Shown here: positions 1 to 9,308 of the stretch, in pieces | Layout: each line of letters opens with the position of its first letter | Numbering within the stretch: the first letter of the stretch is position 1 | Source of the DNA: a virus | Reading direction: 5' to 3' (one strand) | DNA: 64,000 bases | Virus record (IMG/VR): IMGVR_UViG_3300036770_004732 | Span: 47,302-111,301 of that record | Notes under the pieces: model-generated | Databases searched by the model: none | What the model saw: only the letters and a program-made list of their open reading frames with translations | What the model was told of the DNA's origin: nothing | Program-made: the position numbers and the translations under genes

Positions 1-335
1 TCATCCGTAGAGTTCTGACGGTTTTTGGTATCCTGTCGGCGCAGGTCGGGCACAGGAATGTGATCAGTAATCAGATTAGTATCTGCATATCGTTGCGAAA
101 ATTCCTGGAATGTGAAGCTTCTATGGCGAAGAATTTGCGCCGCGATACCACGATTGGTTTCAATCTCAAGAGTCATAAATGCTTGCTCAAACACACTCCA
201 GTGATTGTGCTTGATACAATACGCAAGAAGTTTTGCGTAATTCTCATTAGTCTGATTTTTTGGATTCGATACTCTCGCAACATATGCCATTGTTTTCTCG
301 GCATCAGGAGTTACGCTAATTAGTTTTACACTCAT
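1..335 (-). CDS. thyX: FAD-dependent thymidylate synthase ThyX (5' part; runs off window start)
   Basis: Manual translation [25 protein letters not shown]...HWSVFEQ...[18 protein letters not shown] contains the ThyX RHRx7SxRY motif; not in the ORF track because it is truncated. Confidence 0.95.
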   Translation of the reverse strand, partial: MSVKLISVTPDAEKTMAYVARVSNPKNQTNENYAKLLAYCIKHNHWSVFEQAFMTLEIETNRGIAAQILRHRSFTFQEFSQRYADTNLITDHIPVPDLRRQDTKNRQNSTD

Positions 336-505
336 TTCTTTCCAAATCCTTTCGATGTTTGCTCTTCTAATTCTTTAATTTGTTCTTTCACAGCACGGAG
401 TTGTGCTTTCATTTCTTGAATTTTGTCATCAGTATAAAGATGATCTTGTTTGATTAACCTTTCAAGAAGTTTTACAAGTTGCTTTGCTCTTGATGTTTCA
501 GTCAT
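332..505 (-). CDS. small coiled-coil hypothetical protein (57 aa)
   Basis: [33 protein letters not shown]...KGFGKK; overlaps both neighbours. Confidence 0.7.
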   Translation of the reverse strand: MTETSRAKQLVKLLERLIKQDHLYTDDKIQEMKAQLRAVKEQIKELEEQTSKGFGKK

Positions 506-689
506 CTAAATCAGAATCCTCAAATATTTCGTCGTAATCTAAGATTGGTCTTTTTCTCACATCTGGTTCTGTATATGAGTAGGCAGAAACATCAGAGTAT
601 ACTTCTGCTTTCAGAGAATCAACCAACAGTTCAAGATTACGGACGATAAGTTTTAGTTTTTCTTTGTCCATAAGATACCATTCTCTCAA
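498..689 (-). CDS. conserved cyanophage hypothetical protein (start probably MDKEKLK)
   Basis: ORF track; acidic C-terminus; stop overlaps next gene. Confidence 0.7.
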   Translation of the reverse strand: MREWYLMDKEKLKLIVRNLELLVDSLKAEVYSDVSAYSYTEPDVRKRPILDYDEIFEDSDLDD

Positions 690-700
690 CTCATTTTACA

Positions 701-729
701 CAAAAAAAGAGGGGTAGTCAACCCCCCCT
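701..729 (-). terminator. rho-independent terminator
   Basis: GGGG/CCCC hairpin followed by a T run on the minus strand. Confidence 0.6.
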
Positions 730-888
730 GTTATAAATTGGTTCAATAGATAGAATATCTTCAAACCATTCTCGTAAATGTATTCGGTAGCAAGACCAAT
801 ACTTACATCCCCTATAAGTTAGAAGATAGCAAGCAGGTGGTCTGCTTTCCTTATCCATGTCATCATGATGATAGACATAGTGTTGCAT
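718..888 (-). CDS. small hypothetical protein with an LTYRG motif (DUF4278-like)
   Basis: MQHYVYHHDDMDKESRPPACYLLTYRGCKYWSCY..., 56 aa. Confidence 0.5.
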   Translation of the reverse strand: MQHYVYHHDDMDKESRPPACYLLTYRGCKYWSCYRIHLREWFEDILSIEPIYNRGG

Positions 889-971
889 TTACTTACTCAG
901 TAAGATAACTTCAATATATATCAAAAAAATGAACGCTGTTGATGCACCTGCAATAGCTGCAATCATGGCAA

Positions 972-1070
972 TCACTTTCCTGCTCCTGCATTTGCAAGTA
1001 ATGCTTGGTGACGGCGTTGCTCTTTTTCAATTTGTTCTTTAATCAATTGAAGAACATTGAGTTTCTTCAT
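972..1070 (-). CDS. 32-aa peptide
   Basis: MKKLNVLQLIKEQIEKEQRRHQALLANAGAGK; start overlaps the DUF4278 stop; GGAGG upstream. Confidence 0.5.
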   Translation of the reverse strand: MKKLNVLQLIKEQIEKEQRRHQALLANAGAGK

Positions 1071-1204
1071 CACTTTTCCTCCTTTACAAACTTAACACCA
1101 CGATAGGTTTCGTTGTATGCTTGAGGTTGTTGCTGTTGTTGTGCCTGTTCTTGGCGACGAACTTCGGTGTCATATGCGACACCACGATATACTACACGGC
1201 TCAT
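1070..1204 (-). CDS. DUF4278 family small protein (44 aa)
   Basis: MSRVVYRGVAYDTEVRRQ...NETYRGVKFVKEEK with two YRG motifs; AAGGAG RBS. Confidence 0.8.
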   Translation of the reverse strand: MSRVVYRGVAYDTEVRRQEQAQQQQQPQAYNETYRGVKFVKEEK

Positions 1205-1237
1205 TGGTTTTGCTCCTTAGAAATGAGAGGTTTAATT

Positions 1238-1343
1238 CCCGTTCCTTCAGGCGGCGTTTCCGTTCGCTATTTGCAAATAGCGAATGAACGAATTTGCGTT
1301 CCGCGTCGTCTTACTTGCGTCCAGATTTTCTGGATGAACGATA
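1238..1343 (-). ncRNA. tandem glutamine riboswitch (glnA / Downstream-peptide class)
   Basis: Two units CGTTCA-hairpin-CG(C/G)AA...GGAACG in the 5' leader of the DUF4278 gene, the usual context for this motif. Confidence 0.8.
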
Positions 1344-1348
1344 AGAGT

Positions 1349-1401
1349 ATTATACTCTCTTCGACCATATTTATCAACTATGCATTGTATAATGTGATAC
1401 A
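1349..1401 (-). promoter_or_regulatory. sigma70-type promoter (TTGATA-17-TATAAT) with upstream NtcA box
   Basis: -10 at 1349-1354, -35 at 1372-1377; TGTA-N8-TACA at 1386-1401. Confidence 0.65.
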
Positions 1402-1461
1402 GTTTTGGAAAATCTTAATAAGATAAATTTTTGCCGGAAATTTTTTACCCGATTTGACAAA

Positions 1462-1830
1462 TCACTTCCGCTTTTTGGTTTTAGGTGCCTGATAACCCCA
1501 AGTTTTTGGATTGAGTGTGCCAAATCCAAACTCAATACTCTTCAAGTTTTCACGAAACTTATCCCAATACATATCAAATAATTTAATTTTAGCTCCTCTT
1601 GTGAGATCAAAACAAATCTTGCCATCTACAAGATACTTGATAATATAAGCATCTCTTGGAGATTCCTTAGTGCATACCTCTTCATATGAACCATTTTCAA
1701 CAATGATATCACAACCATAGCGTGACTTACAGGTTTCTTTTTCTGCTGGTGTCCAGGAATCCATATGCTTTTCTTTGTTTTGTTCCTTTTCAATTACATT
1801 ACCAAGTTTACTCACGAACGACCCCCCCAT
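1462..1830 (-). CDS. conserved cyanophage hypothetical protein
   Basis: ORF track; start uncertain. Confidence 0.7.
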   Translation of the reverse strand: MGGSFVSKLGNVIEKEQNKEKHMDSWTPAEKETCKSRYGCDIIVENGSYEEVCTKESPRDAYIIKYLVDGKICFDLTRGAKIKLFDMYWDKFRENLKSIEFGFGTLNPKTWGYQAPKTKKRK

Positions 1831-2408
1831 TGAATATTGGGGTATGCTTGACTTACAATTTCCTTGGTAATCTTATATTTTGTTTGTAATTTTTTATCTT
1901 TTACAAGACATAAAATCTCAGCTTCAAGTGGATGAAGTCCTTGAAGCATATTGATAAACATAGTTTCTCTACGAAGAGAACTTAATCCATCATTACCACC
2001 TTTAACGAAATTATAAAATTTTTGATATTCTTTACGAATTGATGATCTTCCTTGATCTTGAGATCCTAATGAACTAGAACCAAGTTCTTCCATTTTAGAA
2101 ACAGCATCAGTAATTTTTTCACTAACTGTTCCACTAAAAGAATTCTGATCTCCAACACTTGCGTATGGAACATCACCTTCTGGGATTACTGAAATAATAC
2201 TTTCATCAAAATTCCAAACAAATAATGTTTGAATAGATGGGTGAGAGTACTTTTGAAGTACTTCCACTTTCTTGGCATTACTTTTTTGTTTTGATGCTAA
2301 ATTAAAAACTTCAAACGCAAATGGATTTGCTGGTAGTTCAATATTTGTCGAAGTTCTTGTAGTCGTTTTAGGTTTCGTCGTCGTCTTCTTCTGTGTCGTT
2401 GTAGTCAT
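1812..2408 (-). CDS. conserved T4-like cyanophage hypothetical protein
   Basis: ORF track; RRETMFINMLQGLHPLEAEIL motif; start placed at MTTTT. Confidence 0.75.
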   Translation of the reverse strand: MTTTTQKKTTTKPKTTTRTSTNIELPANPFAFEVFNLASKQKSNAKKVEVLQKYSHPSIQTLFVWNFDESIISVIPEGDVPYASVGDQNSFSGTVSEKITDAVSKMEELGSSSLGSQDQGRSSIRKEYQKFYNFVKGGNDGLSSLRRETMFINMLQGLHPLEAEILCLVKDKKLQTKYKITKEIVSQAYPNIQWGGRS

Positions 2409-2601
2409 AATAGTTTTCAAAATTAAATGCAATTACCTCATCTGGAATTAAATTTCCTTGTCCATCAAACATTTCGGGGTGAGGTCTTGGGATTTCCCGA
2501 TAATTCATCATATATTCTCTAGCAACCCATCCACCTATAAGTCCCACTATAAGAAATAAAATTGTTAAAAATGAACCGAATACTAGACTAATTGCTAACA
2601 T
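2368..2601 (-). CDS. small membrane protein
   Basis: N-terminal transmembrane helix followed by PHPEMFD motif. Confidence 0.7.
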   Translation of the reverse strand: MLAISLVFGSFLTILFLIVGLIGGWVAREYMMNYREIPRPHPEMFDGQGNLIPDEVIAFNFENYYDYNDTEEDDDET

Positions 2602-2620
2602 TTTTTTCTCCGGGAAACTA

Positions 2621-2866
2621 CTACTTTTTCCTGATTTTAAAGGAAAATTCAAAATAAATGGTTACTTCCCGTCTTAGAAAGCAAACCATCTTTTCAAAGA
2701 TGATGTGGAAAGGATAAGTTTGCTTTCGTTTACCTCCATTAAGAATAAGTTCAACACCCCGATTGATCTCTGGGTTCTTATTTTTATTTATAGTATCATC
2801 AAACGATTTGCTGTTCTTTGAGGAATTTGATCGTGTCAACACACCCTCCCAATTTTTTAGTATCAC
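2621..2866 (-). CDS. hypothetical protein (start uncertain)
   Basis: ORF track; INRGVEL motif. Confidence 0.55.
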   Translation of the reverse strand: MILKNWEGVLTRSNSSKNSKSFDDTINKNKNPEINRGVELILNGGKRKQTYPFHIIFEKMVCFLRREVTIYFEFSFKIRKK

Positions 2867-3035
2867 AAATTACTTGTGGAAATGTAGATCCTTGACCAAA
2901 TTCAGAGTAAAACTCTTCCTTAGTGAAATCTTGATCTAAAATGTAAACAACATGCTTACACTCTGTTAATTCTAGCACTTGTTTTACTTTTGTGCAATAT
3001 GGACAATTTTCTTTTGAATAAACTGTAAAATTCAT
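2799..3035 (-). CDS. glutaredoxin (NrdC-like)
   Basis: CPYC active site; TFPQV and LGG motifs. Confidence 0.93.
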   Translation of the reverse strand: MNFTVYSKENCPYCTKVKQVLELTECKHVVYILDQDFTKEEFYSEFGQGSTFPQVICDTKKLGGCVDTIKFLKEQQIV

Positions 3036-3109
3036 ACTTAACTTAACGATTTTTAATATATATCATAAATTCGCAGGAATAATTATCAATAAAATTATTA
3101 TCAAATATT

Positions 3110-5347
3110 TTATCCTTTATTAGAATTATCATATTCAATATCATTCACTCCCATTTTTTTAAGATTATCTATTATAGACCATCTATCCCCCTCATTCAAG
3201 TTATGGATGTTCAACATTTCAAAAAATATTGATTTTGATTCTTCAACTTTTCCCCACCACCATCCAGAAATCGCTTTTTGGAAAAGTAACCCATACTTTC
3301 CAGGGTATTCAACATCTGTTCTTAATGGTGAAAGATCAAAATCACAATTTAACAGACAAAGTTCGGAAGTTGAATAACAGTCTTGCCACCATTCGTTTTT
3401 AGCAGCATATCTTGCTAAAAGATAGTATGCTTCTGGACGATTTGGTAAGAACATCTGCGCTTGCCACAACATTCCCCGTCCACTTCCATCTCTTGTACCC
3501 TGTTTAAAATAACAAGATGATCCCCTTATCAAGGCCTCATATGCAAGATCAGGATCTAATTCAAAACCCCGTTCTGCACATCTTAGAAAATATGAAAGAG
3601 CTGGAGCAGTGTGTCCTTGAGTTTCATACCACAAACCTAAGTTAAAATTGTGCTCTGGATTTTCAGTATCCAGAGAATATAGTTCTAAAAGTTTCTCAAG
3701 TTCCGTCTTTTCAACAACCACTATTTCAGATTTTAAAACTTGTTTTTTAGATTTCCACATATTTAAAACTATATCATATGCAATTATATGATTATTTTTT
3801 TGTCCCCCCTTTACATCATCATCTTGATTTTCAAAGGTTGATTTAAAACTTACATTTTCAACAAACAAAGGAATCGTATATGTATTAACAAATGAAAAAA
3901 TTATATTTTCAATTAAGGGCATTATTTCTTTATTGGGAACTTCTAAAGAATAAACATCTTCAAAAATATAAGAGTCTATTATTTTCTTTGCTCCATTTCT
4001 AGTCAATATATAAGCAGTTGCCCCCCAATCATCCCAATATCTTGATCTCATTTCAAAAGTATCATAATGATTGCGTATTGTGAGAAGTTGCACACACTCT
4101 GCATCATCAGGGATTTTTTCAATGAACTCATTCCAAGTAAAATCCCAGTAATCTATCGTTTCCAAACTTAAATCATCTTCACAGAAAAATGCATATTCTT
4201 CGTCAGTATTATTATACCACTCTTTAATCATTTTTAAATGTGATACACAACATCCTTTTGTACCATCATTTAAAGTGTGTAGATATTTTCCAACTACTTT
4301 ATCATTAGACTCAGAATAACGCTTTGATATTAAAAATATCGGTTCTATACCATAATTATTAAATTGGGAAGTAAGTTCATGTCTTCTTTCTTGACACTCT
4401 TCGAGACTTACACAATAGACAGATGGAAATTCATCTATAATATTATTCGTCTTATCTTCAATTTCTACTGCATAATAATTTTGATCATTCAGTTGCGTAA
4501 TATTCCAATGACTTTTTGGTTCTATGTAATAATTGGTTATTTTTGAAAATCTATCTTTATTTACATTGACATGTTTTTCTGAAAGTGCATACTCAACTTG
4601 CCATTCTAATTCGTCACCATCATATGCTGAAGATAAATTTTCTCTAATTTTTTGTTCATATTCATCTTGACTTTCAAATCCTTTAAAATTTTCTGTTCTT
4701 TTTTTATCTGGATGTGGTAAATGAATGAAATAAAAATCCATTTCTAAGCATCTTTTTTTCAATCCATATAATTCCAATCTATTACAAATTTCTTCATCCT
4801 CAAAGGCATAACAGTCACCAAAATTTTCATTATACCCACCAACTACATCAAAATGTTCTTTCTTAACAAAAAGAATTCCAACTAAGTATCTAAAAATAGG
4901 TGAGTATGCATAAACATATTTTTTACGATTTTCTGAGGTAAAAAAATAACTATTATCTACATAATACTCTTTGGTATTTTCATCATAATATTCCGGATTA
5001 CTAAAATTTAAACTTCCACAAGTAAATTCATCATCTTTCGGAAAATACTTTTTTATACCATTATAGTATGAATTAAATATATGATCTGCATCAACTTTTA
5101 TAATATAATCTCCTGTTGCAATTTTTGCAGCAAGATTTAATGGCTTAGGTTGATTAAAATATTGCTTATCAGAAACACGTATTACTTTTATCCTAGGATC
5201 TATTTCTGTCAGATAATTTATTGGATCATCAGAATTCCAATCAGTTATAATAATTTCGTGAATTTCTTCAAAATTTAACCAAGACATCAAAGATATTTTG
5301 AGAGCATCAACTCTATTTTTACATGCAGTTATTAATGAAATTTTCAT
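3110..5347 (-). CDS. multidomain glycosyltransferase (GT2/GT7-like + GT25-like + TPR)
   Basis: N-terminal ITACKNR...DAD...GGYNENF..EDEE; central GCCVSHL..EDD; helical C-terminus with PNRPEAYY. Confidence 0.85.
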   Translation of the reverse strand: MKISLITACKNRVDALKISLMSWLNFEEIHEIIITDWNSDDPINYLTEIDPRIKVIRVSDKQYFNQPKPLNLAAKIATGDYIIKVDADHIFNSYYNGIKKYFPKDDEFTCGSLNFSNPEYYDENTKEYYVDNSYFFTSENRKKYVYAYSPIFRYLVGILFVKKEHFDVVGGYNENFGDCYAFEDEEICNRLELYGLKKRCLEMDFYFIHLPHPDKKRTENFKGFESQDEYEQKIRENLSSAYDGDELEWQVEYALSEKHVNVNKDRFSKITNYYIEPKSHWNITQLNDQNYYAVEIEDKTNNIIDEFPSVYCVSLEECQERRHELTSQFNNYGIEPIFLISKRYSESNDKVVGKYLHTLNDGTKGCCVSHLKMIKEWYNNTDEEYAFFCEDDLSLETIDYWDFTWNEFIEKIPDDAECVQLLTIRNHYDTFEMRSRYWDDWGATAYILTRNGAKKIIDSYIFEDVYSLEVPNKEIMPLIENIIFSFVNTYTIPLFVENVSFKSTFENQDDDVKGGQKNNHIIAYDIVLNMWKSKKQVLKSEIVVVEKTELEKLLELYSLDTENPEHNFNLGLWYETQGHTAPALSYFLRCAERGFELDPDLAYEALIRGSSCYFKQGTRDGSGRGMLWQAQMFLPNRPEAYYLLARYAAKNEWWQDCYSTSELCLLNCDFDLSPLRTDVEYPGKYGLLFQKAISGWWWGKVEESKSIFFEMLNIHNLNEGDRWSIIDNLKKMGVNDIEYDNSNKG

Positions 5348-5367
5348 AAGATTTTTTATTCAATAAC

Positions 5368-6132
5368 TTATATAGTAATCCAATCAGAACGGTATAAATC
5401 TTTAGTATTGTAATCTTTAAATTTTCCTGTTGGAGAAAACCACTGTTTAGGTGCAATTGTTTTTTTACTCTTTGCTAACCAGGATCCCCACCAACTAAAA
5501 GTGCTATTTGCAATAATATGATAAGTACATAAACTCATTAAACACAAATCAGAATAAGGATTTTCAAAAGACATTACAAAAAAATTATTTGAATTAAAAT
5601 GATTTTTACACCATTCAGGATCATCACTTATTACTAACACGGGAATATCTTTAGGAAAATATTCTAATGCTTTCATATAATAATCAATAGTAAGAACATC
5701 AAAGTTTACCTCACTAATATAATCAGTTCTTCTCACATGCAAAGATATAACTTCAACATTATAAAACATACTATTCATATAATGAATGACTGAATCATAT
5801 ATTTCTTTACGGAATGAAAAATCTTTTCTAATTTCACTTTCAATATTTTCGAAATATTTTTCACTCTGAAAAAATCCATCTAAATTAATATCATCTGGAC
5901 AATTATTAAATAGATTTTCATCAAATTCATATTTTTCCTCTAAAATATCATTTTCAAATTCATTTGTATAAGTAATTGGTATATTAAAACATTCTTTTAA
6001 TTCACAATTTCTTTGAGGTATTGAATACCAATATCCTTTGTTTCTAGATATTCCTTTTAAAGATGCATACTGAAACATTTGATTACCCAAACGTCCTTTA
6101 TATCCAAGATTTTTAAATGAGATCATAATCAA
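5368..6132 (-). CDS. GT11 alpha-1,2-fucosyltransferase-like
   Basis: GRLGNQMFQYA, HVRRTDY and NSTFSWWG motifs. Confidence 0.92.
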   Translation of the reverse strand: MIMISFKNLGYKGRLGNQMFQYASLKGISRNKGYWYSIPQRNCELKECFNIPITYTNEFENDILEEKYEFDENLFNNCPDDINLDGFFQSEKYFENIESEIRKDFSFRKEIYDSVIHYMNSMFYNVEVISLHVRRTDYISEVNFDVLTIDYYMKALEYFPKDIPVLVISDDPEWCKNHFNSNNFFVMSFENPYSDLCLMSLCTYHIIANSTFSWWGSWLAKSKKTIAPKQWFSPTGKFKDYNTKDLYRSDWITI

Positions 6133-6232
6133 TTATTAAATAATTTTTGTATTTCTTTTGCGTTTCTCATATTTTACACCAATCTATAATTTCTGAGGGT
6201 TGTTATTATCTTCTGTTATAAAAATTATTTGA

Positions 6233-7219
6233 TTATTCATTTTTAAAAATATACTCCTTTACAAACTCTTTATTCACTCTCAAAAGATACGCCGCATTAT
6301 CTTGAAAACCGAAGGTAATCAAATAATCATCATTATATTCACACATACCAACAGCAAATTCTACTTCTGCTTCCAAAAAAGAAAATCTTTTTGATACTTT
6401 TACAATATTCCAATCTTTATCCCAAACTATAAATCGATGTCGATAAGTCCCGTCTTTTCTTCCAGCTGGACTTTTAAATAAAAATGTTTCATGATTTAGT
6501 GCAAATCGATGTTCACCAAATGGAATTACTTGAGATCCACCACGAAGATCAATACATCCCAAATCTTTCCAATCTCTTAGTGCAACTTGTGTTGTTTGAC
6601 CAGTGTGAATGTCATACTTCACAACTTCAGTACCGTTTGTCCATTTCACAAAATGATATGGCATGTCAAGAATTGGCATCCAATTTTTTTCACAATAAGA
6701 GTTATTATCCCCAGGAGTTGGAATACGATGTTGACTCAATTCTTTAACCTGCCCATTGTCAATTTCAACTTCACAAAGTTCCATTCTACCAGTACCAATA
6801 GTATCAAGATCTCTGCGAACACCACAAGTATAAAGTTTTCCTTCCCATCTAAAAATACGAGCATCTTCAAGTCCAACAAATTCCCACAATTCCTTATCAG
6901 GGTGTTTAGATGTATCAATATGGGTATGCCATTTGATTCTCATATTTTCGTCAAGTTCACCAATTACATTCCAAGTGCGAAGGCGTAAATCATTTTCTGG
7001 GTGAATATAAACTAATGGCCCCCAATGATGTTCAAACTTTTTCTTTTCCGAATGATAAAGGGTATAATTAATATTTCTAAGATTTACAATTAATTTACCA
7101 TTGTCATTGTAAATGGACGGGTTTGTGATTGCTGGTCCTTTTAGATCAGTCGAAGGGATAATAAGGGGATGGATAGATCCTCCATTTTCCAAAGCAAGTT
7201 TTACAAAATTTTCAGACAT
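6233..7219 (-). CDS. five-bladed beta-propeller glycosidase/phosphorylase-like protein (GH130-like)
   Basis: NPSI, GLEDAR, EKNWMP, RGGS and EFAVG motifs. Confidence 0.65.
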   Translation of the reverse strand: MSENFVKLALENGGSIHPLIIPSTDLKGPAITNPSIYNDNGKLIVNLRNINYTLYHSEKKKFEHHWGPLVYIHPENDLRLRTWNVIGELDENMRIKWHTHIDTSKHPDKELWEFVGLEDARIFRWEGKLYTCGVRRDLDTIGTGRMELCEVEIDNGQVKELSQHRIPTPGDNNSYCEKNWMPILDMPYHFVKWTNGTEVVKYDIHTGQTTQVALRDWKDLGCIDLRGGSQVIPFGEHRFALNHETFLFKSPAGRKDGTYRHRFIVWDKDWNIVKVSKRFSFLEAEVEFAVGMCEYNDDYLITFGFQDNAAYLLRVNKEFVKEYIFKNE

Positions 7220-7316
7220 GTCTTAAATAAAAAATCCTATAGGATATTTGTTATCTATACTAGCACAACTATTCAAATTTTTCAACAAATAAATATCAAA
7301 ATAATGTTATAATTTT

Positions 7317-7895
7317 ATGAATGAATTTATTTCCAAAGGTTGGTATTATATTCCTAATATAATTACAAAAGAAGAAGCAATACAAATTAAATATAAAAAT
7401 TTAATGGGTGCTATAGGAGATCTTGGTAGTTTACAAACTCACTATGACCCAGAAAGAGGTAATGTATTAACCTGCTATGCTCCACCAGCATGTGCTTTTG
7501 TAATGAAAAGAATGCAACCAGTTCTTGAAGAACTTTTAGGAGAAGAACTTATTCCATCTTATTGGTTTTCTACAACATATCATAATAAAGGATGGATGAA
7601 TTGCCATACTGATAGACCATCTTGTGAAATATCCGTAACAATGAATATTTGTGGTGATGCTGCTTGGCCTATTAAACTTAAAGATTTAGAAGGAAACAAA
7701 CAATCTGTAGTTACACCTATAGGATGTGGACTTGCTTATCTTGGAATGAAGGTTCCCCATTGGAGAAGTCCATTGAGAACTCATCCAAATGACAGATTTA
7801 TGCAACTCTTTTTACACTTTGTAAGAAAAAATGGTTCTTGTGCAGAATATGCATATGATAAAAATCAAAAGTGTTATGAATTATTGAACAGGTGA
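7317..7895 (+). CDS. 2OG-Fe(II) oxygenase family protein
   Basis: HTD...H(WR) iron triad; CEISVT and QLFLHFV motifs. Confidence 0.8.
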   Translation: MNEFISKGWYYIPNIITKEEAIQIKYKNLMGAIGDLGSLQTHYDPERGNVLTCYAPPACAFVMKRMQPVLEELLGEELIPSYWFSTTYHNKGWMNCHTDRPSCEISVTMNICGDAAWPIKLKDLEGNKQSVVTPIGCGLAYLGMKVPHWRSPLRTHPNDRFMQLFLHFVRKNGSCAEYAYDKNQKCYELLNR

Positions 7896-8618
7896 TTCTT
7901 CTTCTGGAAGTGGTGAAAGAGGATCATTAATCATATTAATATTTCTTACTTGATCAAATGAATTTGTTAGTTTCATCAACTCTTTATTGTTTTGTAAACT
8001 AACTGGAAGTGATGGATATGAGGTTGGAAAAGTATCAGAATTTGGAAGTGTCCTTAATTCTTGCCTCCAAATTTTAAAATCTTCATCTAAGGTATTTCCT
8101 TGCTCTAATTCTTTTGTCACCATCCAATCAGTAAGTTCAAGCATTTTATCACGATTGACTCTAAGAATGTCATATCTCTTTTCTTTTTGACGATTATCAA
8201 AAAAAGTTATTTCATTATCCCATTGCTCTTGAGTCAGTATTGAAAGACCTTCAGATTCTTCAAGAACATAAGGTTCTCTATAAACTATATCATAAACTGT
8301 TACTATTTGAAAATCTCCAGTTGGTTGACCAGGAGATTCTGGATTTATAATTTCTTCTTTAACTTCTCTTTCAGTAGTACTTATAATAGTAATATTTGAA
8401 TTATTTTGATAATCTTTTAATTCATTACTACCTACTGTAATCTTATATTCGAAATATTCTGGAACATATGATAAGAAAAATGGAATGTCATTTTGATCTA
8501 TTAACTGATATTGAGTTTCCAACCCCTTAATATTTGGCATCATCAAACCAAAACGAGTGTCTGTTGCCCATGCACCAGTATCACGATTGATCCAATAATG
8601 CTTGACTAATTGAGACAT
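7881..8618 (-). CDS. tail-fibre assembly chaperone-like protein
   Basis: C-terminal R..RDKMLELTDW...WRQELRTLP motif. Confidence 0.7.
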   Translation of the reverse strand: MSQLVKHYWINRDTGAWATDTRFGLMMPNIKGLETQYQLIDQNDIPFFLSYVPEYFEYKITVGSNELKDYQNNSNITIISTTEREVKEEIINPESPGQPTGDFQIVTVYDIVYREPYVLEESEGLSILTQEQWDNEITFFDNRQKEKRYDILRVNRDKMLELTDWMVTKELEQGNTLDEDFKIWRQELRTLPNSDTFPTSYPSLPVSLQNNKELMKLTNSFDQVRNINMINDPLSPLPEEESPVQ

Positions 8619-8622
8619 GTTT

Positions 8623-9282
8623 TTAATAAACTTCTATACCATATTTATCGGCAATCTCTTTATCAACCTCATCCTTTGTCTTGAATCCTTTGACTCTCAT
8701 CCAAGTTACGAGAGTATAACGATTGCCAGAAATAACAGGTTCTACCATATGCGTATACCATCTTGATGAAGGAAAACAAACTAAAAGTCCTGGTTCTGGT
8801 TTAATCTTAATTCTTAAATCTGGGAAAGAAAAATATCCACCTTCAAAATCATCATTCAGGAAAAGAACGGTAGAGAGGTCTCTGTCTATTGTCTTCTTCC
8901 ATACTTGTGTTCCATCAGGATTCGTCCATAAACCTTCTCCATCATTATGAGGTTTATAGTGTCCTCCTGGACTATAGCAAAGTAATTGTGGTTCTTCACT
9001 ATCTCTTACTTCAAATCCATAAAAAGGATTAATGACATTTTTTACTACATTATCAAGTAAATCTTTAACTTGAGGAAAGACCGGAATTAAGTCAGCACAC
9101 TCTACATCTCTCACTGACTTATCTATTTTTGATTCTCTTTGTCTCGTTTTATCACTTTTTTCAGCATCAAAAACAGACATTCTCTCTTTGTGAGATTGTC
9201 TCATATAATCAGTTAAAAACTTTAATCCTTCTGGTGTAACAACTTTAGGTTGAATCAAAACATTAGCAAGAATATCATTCAT
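8623..9282 (-). CDS. 2OG-Fe(II) oxygenase, prolyl 4-hydroxylase-like
   Basis: Y.PGGHYKPHND, LFLNDDFEGG and HMVEPVISGNRY motifs. Confidence 0.88.
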   Translation of the reverse strand: MNDILANVLIQPKVVTPEGLKFLTDYMRQSHKERMSVFDAEKSDKTRQRESKIDKSVRDVECADLIPVFPQVKDLLDNVVKNVINPFYGFEVRDSEEPQLLCYSPGGHYKPHNDGEGLWTNPDGTQVWKKTIDRDLSTVLFLNDDFEGGYFSFPDLRIKIKPEPGLLVCFPSSRWYTHMVEPVISGNRYTLVTWMRVKGFKTKDEVDKEIADKYGIEVY

Positions 9283-9308
9283 AATAGAATATTGTATATC
9301 GTTTTTAT

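Noticed and set aside
60-323. Plus-strand 87-aa ORF
   Set aside because: Antisense to thyX
1121-1426. Plus-strand 101-aa ORF
   Set aside because: Antisense to the DUF4278 gene, riboswitch and promoter
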